Assembly: GCA_032718475.1 (NCBI GenBank)
Contig: JAUCBJ010002827.1
Span: 38,798-102,797, forward strand
DNA from: Nemertoderma westbladi
Lineage: Eukaryota > Animalia > Xenacoelomorpha
Direction of reading: 5' to 3'
Length of the DNA: 64,000 nt
Below the pieces are notes generated by a model. It did not search any database. It worked only from the letters and a program-made list of their open reading frames with translations, and had not been told where the DNA came from. Positions 34,461 to 46,019 of the stretch are shown here, in pieces (positions within the stretch are counted from its first letter, which is position 1; the number at the start of each line of letters is the position of its first letter). The position numbers and the translations under genes were made by a program.

Positions 34461-36006
34461 TGTTATTACGCAAGACAAATTCCTGTTACGGTGACGTCAC
34501 CCTTAACAACACCGCCTTTGTGAAATTTACATAGCTACCCATGCAATTACTGTGACGTACCCCGTTGAAACACCTACCGCTGTGAAGTCACCCCGCAGCA
34601 CGGGAACTCGAAACCCCGCAGCTCGAAACAAGGTCGATTTGATCTGGAGTCAAAAGTTCGAGAGGTATTTGCCCGTAACTCTCAAAAATATTGGAACTTT
34701 TTCTTTAGTATGCCCATACAAAATTTGGTTGAAAATGGTTAAAATCTTCAAAAGTTATTTGCGAATGAATTTTTCATTATAGACAGACAGACGGGCATGA
34801 AATTTTGCCCTATTTACTACTTATAATTGTGCGCTAAGACTCGCCTTTACTGCGTGGCTCGCCCCATATAATTTATTTTGGTCTCCAGAACTGTCATTTA
34901 GTAACTTCCTGTAATTGAATACTTTCACCGTCGCACGTGATTCAGCAACAACTCTGCACTGTTCCCTATATTCAATGCAAGTTCGATTCCCAATATTTCC
35001 TTTTTTTGGCGAAACTTCCTTTTCTCTGTCACAATTACCTCGTTACACCACTGTCCCTCGGGGCGCAAAGACATAGTTATGTTAATAATTGGAGCGTGTT
35101 TGTTTGTAACTTTCGAATGTGATAATAATACTTGAGGTTAATATGTCGCTGACATGCCTGTGTCAGTGTGACAACGTCACGAATGCTTCTAGCTGTAATT
35201 TTAAAATTGCCATTCGAGCCAGCATGAAATTCAGTGCTACATTCTTAATGTTGAACAGTTAATATTTTATAATACAAAACCAAAATAGAGAACCGTTCAG
35301 CAATTAGCTTTAAATATAATAGTTTTCATAAATAATTAATTATGTGAAATAACCAATCACCACTAAATATAATTATTGACTTCACCCAACCATTCAATAT
35401 ATAATGTTATAATTTCGTACTATAATGAAATAGTCATAGCATAATAATTAATATGTTTATAGGTCTCACCGGTACCATGTTATAAATAAACCACTTAATA
35501 TTATTACAATACGCAGGGTTTGTGTTCGAAAAGTAGTTTGTCTAGATACAATGGAATACTTCGCCCGTTAATTACTAATTCAGATATGGGGTTAAGTAAC
35601 AGCTGTATAAAATACAAACTTATCCGTTTTATCCGTAGCGTGCAATGTTAGCTGTACTCGTTTAAACCAATTACTAAATAAAATAAATGCCAATTTTCGA
35701 AATTTCCCCTCCATTTCCGTAGTTGTCTGCAATATCCGTGTTTGTACAAAATAAAAGACAGATGGCCTCTCGATTCAAGGCACTTTGTAACCCCTCCCAT
35801 ATTCGAATGATTATAGACAAACAATTTATTGAGCAAAAACCCTAGTATGAACAATAAACACGTGATATATACAGGATGATCAACATATTTGATACTCTTT
35901 GTTTTTAAAAAATACTCTTTGCTTGTTTATTATGGTTAATTAGATAAATAAAAACCACTTATCTGTACTGAGGTAATAATAACTGCTCTAATAGACCTCA
36001 ATATGC

Positions 36007-36397
36007 GGGTGACTATAAAACAAAGACTCAAATAATAAAGACCTCATAATATTGTAACATGTGTTAGCTTTCGTTTATTGTTTTGGTTCTCCCAACACGC
36101 CTCTGTAACCTGCTCCTTTACTAACCTGCTCCTTTAAATGGCAATGGCACCTAACGCTCTTTGGGACCTGTACAAAAAAAGAGGTAAAGTCGCGTTACGT
36201 CCAAAAGAGCGTTAGGACCCAAAAAGCGTTAGATCCCAAAGAGCGTTAGGTCACATTGCCATTTAAAGGAGCAGGTTAGTAAAGGAGCAGGTTACAGAGA
36301 CTTGTTGGGGGAACCAAAACAATAGACGAAAGTTAACACATCTGTTTTGTACAGGTCTTTATTATTTGTGTCTTGGGTCTTTGTTTTGTAGTCACCC
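36007..36397. mobile_element. Palindromic Mutator-like MITE
   Basis: Whole element is an imperfect inverted repeat starting GGGTGACTA; TSD CTCAATATGC (35997-36006, 36398-36407). Confidence 0.85.
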
Positions 36398-36657
36398 CTC
36401 AATATGCATGTCCTCCGAAGCCACCAACTGTCTGAACTTTAATTAATGTCATTCATTACAGTTTCAACGAAAACTTAGATGGGCATAGGATTTTAGAGAA
36501 AGCCTCTGCAATCGAATCTTTGAGCTCTTCAATACTCCAGAGGAAATACAAATTACAGCTGTATAATGACACCAAAGTTACTGCAAATCATTAATTAATA
36601 TGGAGCCGTTCTTTTAATTAGCACTTAGTATGAAACTCTGTGGGACACCCCGTATTA

Positions 36658-37518
36658 CACCATCTCCCTTAATACAACAACCATTTTTAGGGGTCGGAAG
36701 TTAAGACTCCCCCCCCCCCCCCCCCCCAATTTTTTTTCAAATTTCAATAAAATGCTACGAAATTTGGTATGATGATAGATCGACACCTTTTCTTACTGGT
36801 GGCCTGGCCGATTGTTCAATTTATGGCTATTTCGATATAACAAACTGTTAAAAATCGTCTATTTCGCAATATTTTGCCACCTCCGTCGGCTATATTTTAA
36901 ATTTCACCAAGAACTTCCGGAGATATTATCAAAATTCAAAGGTATACATTTTGACACGTAAATTCTAACGTTTTTTTTACTCAATTCTATAATATTAATT
37001 ACGCACAATGAAGAAACAATATGTAGATATTGTTTAGAGAAATATTCTTTACTCCTATCATATCTATTCTTTACTCTGATATTCTTTACTTAAAGAGTTT
37101 TAAACGCTCAGCTAAATAATAATTAATATTCTGGAATAAAGACAAAAAAACATCAGAATTATAGTGATATTTACGTCTCAAAATTTTCACATTAGTATTA
37201 TGATAATATCTTTGCCACTTTATGGTTAAATTTAAAACGGTTTTCTGATTTGGAATCTGCAGATGAAAGCTGTTCTAATGATATCCACATTACATTCTAA
37301 AGACGAAAAATATAGTCTACGGAGGTGGTTTAACATTGCAAACACATTGAGAAAATTGAAAAATCGAGCCAGGCCAGCAGTAAGAAAAGGTGCCGATCTA
37401 TCATCATACCAAATTTCGTAGCATATGATTGAAATGTGAAGAAAAATTAAGGGGGGGGGGGGGGGGGCTCCGAACCCCCCCCCCCCCCTCTCTGGTTGTT
37501 GTATTAAGGGAGATGGTG
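36658..37518. mobile_element. MITE with long imperfect TIRs and TA TSD (Tc1/mariner-like)
   Basis: Perfect terminal 26 bp CACCATCTCCCTTAATACAACAACCA; similarity extends over 200 bp inward; TA flanks. Confidence 0.8.
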
Positions 37519-37637
37519 TATGTAAATCATAATTATTAAATAATATAGTGTAATTTATTCATTTGTGTTTAGTTTGTTATCGTATTTTACCGTGACCCTC
37601 TACTAACACAGGTCCGGTAACTACAACAGTTGCGTGA

Positions 37638-38753
37638 TCACGGTAGTGGTGTTGTGCTAACTGTAGAACAATCACCGTAAGTACCACCTCCTGGAATCAA
37701 CCAAACAATGGTACAGCTGCAAGGGAGTATAGAGCAAATCGCATCTGCATGTTCCGGGCAGTAATTGGCTGAACATATGTCCATCCCGCATGGAAGTGGT
37801 GGACATGAGGTAGTAGTTGAGGGGGGTGGACCTACCCCCCCTGTTGACGTTGGCGGTGCAGCTATTGCTGTTGTCGTTGATGGTGGTAATGGGGGTGTTG
37901 GTGGTACTGTACTGGTTGTAGTGCAATCGAGGTAAACACCACCTAATGGATTCATCCACATTATGTCGCAAGTGCATGGAATTATTGTGCAAACCGCATC
38001 GAGGTGCTCGGGGCAGTAGTTTGCACCGCATATGTTCCATCCACAAGGAAGCGGTAGACATGGTGTAGTTGTAGTCGAGGATGTTGGTATAGGTGGTGTG
38101 CTTGTTGTAAACACCCAAGGAGTGCAGTCCATGTACTGAACCCCAAAATCATCGAAAAATTCAGCGAAACATCCATTGCAGTAATTTCCTTGACAAATCG
38201 CTGTGGGATGTTCTGGGCAATAGTACAAGGTGCAAGGGTCTGCGAAACAAGGTGTGAGTAAGCACGAAGTTGTTGTGGGTGGGCCTGTCGATGTAGTTGT
38301 TATGGGGACTGTTGCTGGTTCACAATCGACAACCTGGTTTAGACCGTTGTAGAAGAACGCATGACATCCACCGCAGTAGTTCGGTATGCACTGCGCTTTC
38401 GGGTGAGCTGGGCACACAGCGTAGTCGCATGGGTTGACGAAACACGAGACTAGAGGAACTCCTGGGGGGCATGGGCCTGCATTCCCCTTGCAGTCAATGA
38501 TGTTGCCGTTTTCATCGAAGTATTCGGCGAAACAACCTCCGCAAAAGTTCGGTTTGCACCGCGCTTCCGGGTAACCATGGCACTGATTTAAACGACATGG
38601 ATTACCTTTGCATCTAACGAAAGGAACACCTGGTGGACACGGTCCTTTTATTTTATGTTTCAAAGATTGTGGCCTTCTATCTCTGGGCAATTTCCCAGCA
38701 TTAAATGCAGGCAAAAAGAGAGCGAAACTTAATAATAACAAAAAATAATTCAT
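37638..38753 (-). CDS. Secreted cysteine-rich repeat protein with Thr/Pro-rich mucin-like linkers (371 aa, intronless)
   Basis: Signal peptide MNYFLLLLSFALFLPAFNAG from ATG 38753; five Cys modules (C..C...PC....CP.hP.A.C..N.CGGC.A.F.....DC); AATAAA on minus at 37554-37559. Confidence 0.8.
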   Translation of the reverse strand: MNYFLLLLSFALFLPAFNAGKLPRDRRPQSLKHKIKGPCPPGVPFVRCKGNPCRLNQCHGYPEARCKPNFCGGCFAEYFDENGNIIDCKGNAGPCPPGVPLVSCFVNPCDYAVCPAHPKAQCIPNYCGGCHAFFYNGLNQVVDCEPATVPITTTSTGPPTTTSCLLTPCFADPCTLYYCPEHPTAICQGNYCNGCFAEFFDDFGVQYMDCTPWVFTTSTPPIPTSSTTTTPCLPLPCGWNICGANYCPEHLDAVCTIIPCTCDIMWMNPLGGVYLDCTTTSTVPPTPPLPPSTTTAIAAPPTSTGGVGPPPSTTTSCPPLPCGMDICSANYCPEHADAICSILPCSCTIVWLIPGGGTYGDCSTVSTTPLP

Positions 38754-39355
38754 TTTAATGAATAAACTGAGTCTCTGCCCGTTGGAATATCCGATTAACA
38801 ATGATACTTTTCCATGAGTGTGTGATGTATTATAATAATTTAAGTTGATTTGATGTCGCAGATGTATTAACATTTACTCACGGTTATTTAGTCTCGCAGA
38901 AACGCACTTATTTTTGTATGGAAATTATAATCTACTCTTAGAGAAACTCCACCCAGCAAAAACAACCCGCGGTTTTATTGTGATTCGAAGACAATGTAAC
39001 AATTATTGACCCGAAATATATGGTCAGATTAAGTTAGGGATTTATCGATTGTGATTCGATTCGAATATATGGTGAGAAAGTCACATGTGGTTGCTTTAAA
39101 ATTAATTTAAACAATGAGGATTTTATAAAATATATAATTCATATATGAGTCACTGGGGAAGCAGTGTGGGAGTGGTGTGGCGGTGGTTCCATGATCCCCC
39201 TCCAATTACAATAAATCATACAGCACTGTCTGTAGCTAGGCTATGGCACACATTCCACTGCTTCGAGAATTATTGACTGACACAGATTGTTTTCAGTGAT
39301 TTAGATTTTCCATTAGCTTTTGTCTTTTCTGAAGCCAATTGCCAATTGAATCTCT

Positions 39356-40548
39356 TGTAAAAGCTTTTGCTGAATTGTCCGGTTATTTTTCCTTATTTTT
39401 CCCGTAAAATACTCTGTAGTTGGTTTACCAGGCATAAAAAGGCCGTGTCCTTGCTGTACTGGTGTTTTAGCGGACATAAAAGCTATTTCTTCTGTATTTG
39501 TACTTTAGAGGACATAATCCGTAATTCCGTGACGTAAAAGCTCGATACTCTTGAAAACAGTGTCGCTACCATGACGACGGCTAGCAGCTGATATTGCCAC
39601 GTTGACGTTTCTTTGTTCTCTCGTTGTTCAGGTTGACCAATCAGAGCGTTTGTTGTCTCTGTGTTGGAGGTGTATACAGAAACTCAGTAGTTCAGTGTTA
39701 TGTTTTGCCCAGAGCCTAAGAACCGGCTTTTGGCACCTCCGTGTTTTCAGTTTTTAGTCCTACACTAGTAGGCTTAATTATAAGGACATATATCCGTTAT
39801 CTGCATATTGCACACTGATGTCTGATGTCTGCATACTGCATACTGCATACTGTGTAACACTGTGCATACTTTTATATTGTTATACTGCTATTTACTGTCA
39901 GTTCTTCATAATATGGTTGATGAATTATTATATTTGGAATAACGACAAATAACCCCGAAAACCCAATATTCTTGATATACCGAAGGTAAGAGAGAAAGGT
40001 TACAGATAAATGATTGCGACCTATGTTGAGTGGTTTGAAGTGAATCTAATGTTATTTGATAGACCCTACATGATTCGGTCCGTGTTCCTTTTATATGTGA
40101 CTAAAATCAGTGAAGATCGGCAGATCAGTGTGCAGTATTGTGCAGTATTGTGTATGAGTGAGACTGATAACGAAGCATTTCCTAAAGAATGCGCCATATA
40201 TGTGAATTATAACTAAGCCATATCGTTGTGAGTAGTTTAAGTCATAACTCTTTTTATATAGATAGAGCGCCACGTCCTAAAGGAACTGTTAATATTTCCC
40301 GAAGGTGAATAATATTGTCAGAGATTATATAATACTGTCAGTCGAATAATACATTAGGCTTACATAGCAATAAGATTAAGCCGTCGAACCCAATCTCCCG
40401 GGTATATCCAACGGGTGAATGATCGCGCACAGATTGGTTTCGACTAGTGTAGTGAATTAAATACTTGTCATAGACTAAAGGTGATTTATTATCTAGAAGA
40501 CATCCTAATTTGGCGGGTTAAACTGCCAAAGGTCTGAAAGCGCGAACA
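39356..40548 (+). repeat. 5' LTR (1193 bp)
   Basis: Near-identical to 52466-53683. Confidence 0.95.
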
Positions 40549-40560
40549 ATAACGGATATA
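40549..40560 (+). promoter_or_regulatory. Putative self-priming primer-binding site
   Basis: ATAACGGATATA directly after the LTR is the exact reverse complement of LTR positions 39789-39800 (TATATCCGTTAT); no TGG tRNA-type PBS. Confidence 0.6.
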
Positions 40561-42042
40561 GCTTCTTTATTGCAGTAAGCAATAAAGTTGAAAGTACCGG
40601 TCAACCGGTAAACCTGAACGGTACATCTGTAGGTCAGTAGGCCCAACTGTCCTAACCGGTACTTCCGTATAAGTACATTAGTATTATTCGACTTGATTGT
40701 TGTATACCGGTAGGCTGTTTAAGAGATTAGGGACTGTACACCCCTTGTTTCTTTTGGAGCTTACTTATTTCTGTCAGTTTTATTTATTTGTAGGCCAGTA
40801 TTGAACAGAAGGCGTGTAAGCCTGATCAGATTGTACAGACGATTTGTAGGCTGAGCTGTTGTCTGATTGCTGTTAAGTCCGAACGAATTGCAGTGTGTGT
40901 AGATCACCTGTCCGATTAAGTACGGTTAGGAAGTAGGGGCAGCGAACGCTGTAAGGTAAACCCCCAACTAAAGAATAAGTCGCACTACTGGGTTAGAGCG
41001 CATACTCCCTAATCATTTCGGAGTCTGCATATACCGTAGTTTGTTTAGGCTTGATGGTAGTCTGTCAGTGTTCGGTCTGTATTTTGTTTGAGTAGTTTGT
41101 ACGCGTAGCGTAATATTTATTATTCAGAGTTTATGCGATTATCCGCAACATTCATTCCCCAAGTTTGTTCCTACAATAATTGTGTTTGTTATACATACCG
41201 CTATAGTTAAATTAACCCCGGTACTACACGGGCTGCATGGCGTAGGTAAAGACTGGTGATTTTGTGCATCGGTCACTCCAGCAGATGCCGTGGTTCTTTT
41301 AGCTGTTCAAGTATATTTAACTACTGATTATCTGTTGTACAAGTACTCGTACCTAATTTAGGGTTTAGTGTACAGTGCTTTCCGAGAGTAATTAGTGTAG
41401 GCATTATATTTGTGTTGTAAAGTGGTTAATAGGCACGTTCGATTAGCTCTATTAACTTCTAGGTAGGAACACTCCGTGATACATAACGTAGAACCTATAG
41501 CGATACGGCTATAGCAGGTCGTCAGGCGGTGGTATTTTCCTATCTGGACAACGCAGTGTATTTACTACTACTTATTATTTCAAATACCGCATTACCCTGT
41601 CCGTTGTAATAACCAGAATTCTAACCCTTTGTTAGGCTGGTTTGTAGACTTCTTGTAAAATTACCCTAAAAATTCGTATTTTGTGTTTTTTGTAAATTTT
41701 TGTGTTTATTTAGAGATCGTAATCTCAACCCGAATTGTACGTAATTTGTAGTATTAAGTAACTTAGGTAAATTAGAATTATTTGTTTTAGTGTCCTATAA
41801 GTAACACTTCACTGAAAGCGCACCGCTTTGTGTAGTGATTACTCCCCAGAAATAATAACATTTATTTCAAACATTGACAAAACCCATTAAAACGGGTATA
41901 TAATAATCTTCTTTATTTCAGCATATTGCAGCCATATGGTACAGTAAAAGATAAGATATATATTAATATTTAGCACAGAGTATTATAGTATAGTAAAATT
42001 TAATTAGGACGTAAAATAAAATAAGTTAAATTAGTAATTGGA

Positions 42043-45000
42043 CTATCTACATAATGTTATGAAGTTACTATATAATACTGAGACTGGGCGACACACCAAG
42101 CGAACAGTAGAGATAATTGAGTTTATAGATTTATCAACACGTATATGCAAACTATATAGAGCATGTCTATGTATTTCAATAAGTGATTTAATACCTAGAT
42201 TAACAAGCATAGCACTGGCGCTGTTAGGCAAACCAGTTTCAACATTAAATAAAGGTAAACGAAATAAATTTCTGACTGTTTTGTTTATGGCGGTATGCAA
42301 CTTATTAAAAACAGATTTCGTATAATATATTTTAGACCAGAGAGCATTACAATAAATAGTTGAGCAATATGTAGTATAAAGAAGTAACTTGATATGATTC
42401 GAGCAATTGGCAAACTTACGTATTAACATGTTAGCCCATCCATAAAAACGACGCGTCTGTGCACCAATATCGAGGTCATCAGAAAAATCACTTGATATAA
42501 TATGTCCTAAATACTTAAAGCTCTCCACGACTTTAAGTGGTTTTCCGTCCAAGATTATCGACGCGAAATCAAAATGTTTTCGCATCTTACTGCGCATAAA
42601 AACGCACTTTGATTTAGCACCATTAAATGTCATACCGTTAGCAGATGCAAACTTGCTACAAATGTCAATGAGCTCTTGTAGAGCAATAGGTGTAGAGGCA
42701 ATGATACAGATATCATCAGCATATATTAAATGGTTAATGCACATATCGTTTAAGGAACATCCAAGTTCAGATTTACAAAGATCAATACTTAGTTGATTAA
42801 TAAACAAATTAAAAAATTTAGGGCTAAGCGGGCTACCCTGTCTGACTCCATTGGAGCATGTGAATGGTAAGGATTTAAAACCGTTCCATAGCACGATCAT
42901 GGTTTGATTTGAATACATGAAGATAATAACCCTAATAATAAAAATCGGTACTTTACGTTCAAATAATCTAGAAAATAATTTAGAATGATCTACATTGTCG
43001 AATGCTTTGGAAGCATCTAAGAAGGATATATACAAATTAGAACCATTAATTAAGTAATAATTAATAATCTCTTTTAGCGTATAGACACAAAGTTCAGTCC
43101 CTAGTTTGTCTTTGAAACCGAATTGGTTATCTGTTGTAGCCAGTAAGCAATCAATTCGCCTTAAAATGAACAATTCGTATATTTTACATATTATATTTGA
43201 AACCGCAATAGGACGGTAGTTACTCTTGTCTGTAGTATCACCGGTTTTATCTTTAATAACCGGTGATATATAAGACGATATCATACTAGGAGATAAAAAA
43301 CCATGAATATTAAAACCGGTAAAAATTAATGAAAAAAGCACCATAATCCGTTTACTGGCATAAATAATATGTTCCGCGGTTAGGTTGTCAGGACCGGACG
43401 CTTTATTTCTATCCAACTTCCGAATGAGCTCAGCGATTTCGTTTGGCGAAACTACCATATCCTCGGAAAAGAGAATCTCTTTTAAGTACACTGCCTCAGC
43501 TATCGGTGGAGGTACTGAAGGGTGCACATGCGGATCGGAATTAGGTATCGTTGGGGGCACCGTAGGGGGCACCAGCGATGGTGCGGTAACCGTCGGAGAC
43601 ACCGAAGGGGGCTCCGATGTCGAAGGGGGCAGCCAGGTGGGAACCGCACCCAGCGGATTCGCCCAGGTTGAGGTTGGTATCGAAGCCGAAGTGGGCGCAG
43701 GCGGGGGCACTGAACCCGATGGGGGCGTCCCGGTGGGCACCGAAGTCGAGGGGGGCGCCCAGGTGGGTACCGAATCCGCAGGGGGCGCCCAGGTGGGCAC
43801 CGAAGCCGCAGGGGGCGCCCAGGTGGGCACCGAAGCCGCAGGGGGCGCCCAGGTGGGCACCGAAGCCGCAGGGGGCGCCCAGGTGGGCACCGAAGCCGCA
43901 GGGGGCGCCGAAGTGGGAAGCGAAGTCGAGGGGGGCACCCAGGTGGGCACCGAAGCCGCAGGGGGCGCCCAGGTGGGCACCGAAGCCGCAGGGGGCGCCG
44001 AGGTGGGAAGCGAAGTCGAGGGGGGCACCCAGGTGGGCACCGAAGCTGCAGGGGGCATCCAGGTGGGCACCGAAGCCGCAGGGGGCGCGGGCGCCGGAGT
44101 TGTTGCCGAATTAAATATAGTGCGATAATGGAGTTCCCACATGTTAGCAATGTTCTGAGTGCCAGATGCTCCACCGATTGTAGTCGCTGGAGGGGACTTT
44201 ATCGTGTTGTCCTTCTTGACATTTTGCCAGAACTTATAACAGTTTTTATCCAATAGGCCTTCCGCTAACTTATCGCAGCGAATTGTTTCGGAGGTACGTT
44301 TAATAAGGCGCAGCTGACGTTTAAATTGTGCCCTCGTTGAGCACATTAAGTGGAACAGTGGGCCGTTCCGGGGGCTACCGTTCGCACGCCAGTCGAGGAA
44401 ACTACAGCGGGCCATGCGATGGAGGTGGCTCACCTGGTCATTCCACCCAGGAACAGATGTTTGGGTTGGACTACAGGCAGGTTTCGGGATACTAACTGGG
44501 ATATTACCCGTTACTGATGAATGTAGAGCAGACACAACTCCATTATATAACGAGTTTAACTCACCCTTATGAGTTGGATTATTGCAAGATGGGTCCCTAC
44601 AGGATAGGGCTTCATGTGGTATAATAATTTTAGCCAGTTCGGTGTCGGTAGAAGCTGAGTAGCAGCCGAGTTTAAACGCTGATGCTGAGTTCCAGAGTGG
44701 TCGAGTAAATGGAATCGGAATCGACGGCTCCAGTTTGTCCAGGGGGATGATACGTTCACAGTTTATTTCAACACACATTGGTAAATGGTCGTCGAATACT
44801 AGTGAGTAGTTTATTACTATATCTGTTATTCTATGTTTCATCGACCCGGTGCAGACGCAGTGATCCAGCCATGAAGTAGATCCTTGGGCAGCTCCAACGA
44901 AGGTAAATGATTCCGAGGGTAACATGAGTGTGTCCAGTATCATGAGACCTGACTCCATACAGGTATTAGAGAGCTCACGAAAAAATGGACGACTTGGGTG

Positions 45001-45471
45001 AGCGTTGAGATCCCCTAGTATGCATACATTATTGTTATCTAGAGTCTCCGCAATGGTAACTATCTTGGCTAAATAATCGAGATAATCGTCAGCGTTATCG
45101 GCACACTCATAAGGTAAGTATGCATTAATTATATAAAACTCCTCACCGGTACCAGGCGGAGTAACTTTAATTATCATTAGACGAGGGTCAGATTTATCAA
45201 CAATTTCAATACAATCATCACCGAAGCTTTTATTCCATAGGACTCCGAGGCCACCGTGTGGCCTTCCGATAAGGATATCGGATTCCAAGTCAACAGGAGA
45301 GGAGCCTCGCCCGTAATGATTAATGGATAGCGTATCGAGAATCCCCAAGTCCTGTTTGGTAAGGAGAGTTTCTTGTAATAAAATTATATCGTTAGCCTTC
45401 GCGAGTTCAGAAATCACGTATCTACTTGATAGAGTCCGAACGGAGTTTGCGTTATAGGTCGCGATTCGCAT
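42043..45471 (-). CDS. LINE ORF2: APE endonuclease and reverse transcriptase
   Basis: [30 protein letters not shown] (APE); [38 protein letters not shown] (RT); uninterrupted. Confidence 0.93.
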   Translation of the reverse strand: MRIATYNANSVRTLSSRYVISELAKANDIILLQETLLTKQDLGILDTLSINHYGRGSSPVDLESDILIGRPHGGLGVLWNKSFGDDCIEIVDKSDPRLMIIKVTPPGTGEEFYIINAYLPYECADNADDYLDYLAKIVTIAETLDNNNVCILGDLNAHPSRPFFRELSNTCMESGLMILDTLMLPSESFTFVGAAQGSTSWLDHCVCTGSMKHRITDIVINYSLVFDDHLPMCVEINCERIIPLDKLEPSIPIPFTRPLWNSASAFKLGCYSASTDTELAKIIIPHEALSCRDPSCNNPTHKGELNSLYNGVVSALHSSVTGNIPVSIPKPACSPTQTSVPGWNDQVSHLHRMARCSFLDWRANGSPRNGPLFHLMCSTRAQFKRQLRLIKRTSETIRCDKLAEGLLDKNCYKFWQNVKKDNTIKSPPATTIGGASGTQNIANMWELHYRTIFNSATTPAPAPPAASVPTWMPPAASVPTWVPPSTSLPTSAPPAASVPTWAPPAASVPTWVPPSTSLPTSAPPAASVPTWAPPAASVPTWAPPAASVPTWAPPAASVPTWAPPADSVPTWAPPSTSVPTGTPPSGSVPPPAPTSASIPTSTWANPLGAVPTWLPPSTSEPPSVSPTVTAPSLVPPTVPPTIPNSDPHVHPSVPPPIAEAVYLKEILFSEDMVVSPNEIAELIRKLDRNKASGPDNLTAEHIIYASKRIMVLFSLIFTGFNIHGFLSPSMISSYISPVIKDKTGDTTDKSNYRPIAVSNIICKIYELFILRRIDCLLATTDNQFGFKDKLGTELCVYTLKEIINYYLINGSNLYISFLDASKAFDNVDHSKLFSRLFERKVPIFIIRVIIFMYSNQTMIVLWNGFKSLPFTCSNGVRQGSPLSPKFFNLFINQLSIDLCKSELGCSLNDMCINHLIYADDICIIASTPIALQELIDICSKFASANGMTFNGAKSKCVFMRSKMRKHFDFASIILDGKPLKVVESFKYLGHIISSDFSDDLDIGAQTRRFYGWANMLIRKFANCSNHIKLLLYTTYCSTIYCNALWSKIYYTKSVFNKLHTAINKTVRNLFRLPLFNVETGLPNSASAMLVNLGIKSLIEIHRHALYSLHIRVDKSINSIISTVRLVCRPVSVLYSNFITLCR
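43606..44095. repeat. 30-bp GC-rich minisatellite in frame within LINE ORF2 ([10 protein letters not shown])n
   Basis: Tandem GGGGGCGCCCAGGTGGGCACCGAAGCCGCA units. Confidence 0.92.
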
Positions 45472-46019
45472 ATATATTATATATATATTATAAATCAAAT
45501 CTAACGATTTATAAATAGTAGGCCTACCATATAACCATTAGGTCTCAATATCAGTTGGACTACTGCTCAAATAACGGTAATAAAGTAAGTAAAGTAACAA
45601 AGTAACCCTAAAGTTCAGAAATTCAATTATTTAAAATAATTGATATACCGGTATTTACGATAGGCCTATTATCTTTATTTCTGTAAATTTAGGCTGAAAT
45701 TATACCGGTACTTGTAATTAATTCTAGTCCAGAATTATATATACTACAAATTGTAAGCTGTATACCGGTATTCCCGATAGGCCTATTATATATTTATATA
45801 TATTTGTGCTAAAATTATACCGGTATTCTGAGATAAACCTAGTCTGTAATAATACTTATATATACTATAAGCATACCGGTATTCTAATATATTATATATA
45901 TATCACGCTACACTGAGTAGCAGTATCGGTAATTAATTACTAGGCTAGCAGTTAATACTGAATTACTAGACTTGCTTAGACTGTAATATAGCAGTAGGCA
46001 TTCAACTGTACAAACAAAA

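Larger units (their letters stand above)
41900..45500 (-). mobile_element. Non-LTR retrotransposon (RTE-group, RTEX/Proto2-like) nested antisense in the BEL leader
   Basis: Intact APE-RT ORF; 3' end GCTGAAATAAAGAAGATTATT on minus near 41900; 5' end in an AT microsatellite. Boundaries approximate and clade inferred. Confidence 0.85.

Noticed and set aside
43385-44128. Antisense ORFs over the 30-bp repeat
   Set aside because: Open because the GC-rich repeat lacks stop codons; no independent evidence of coding.
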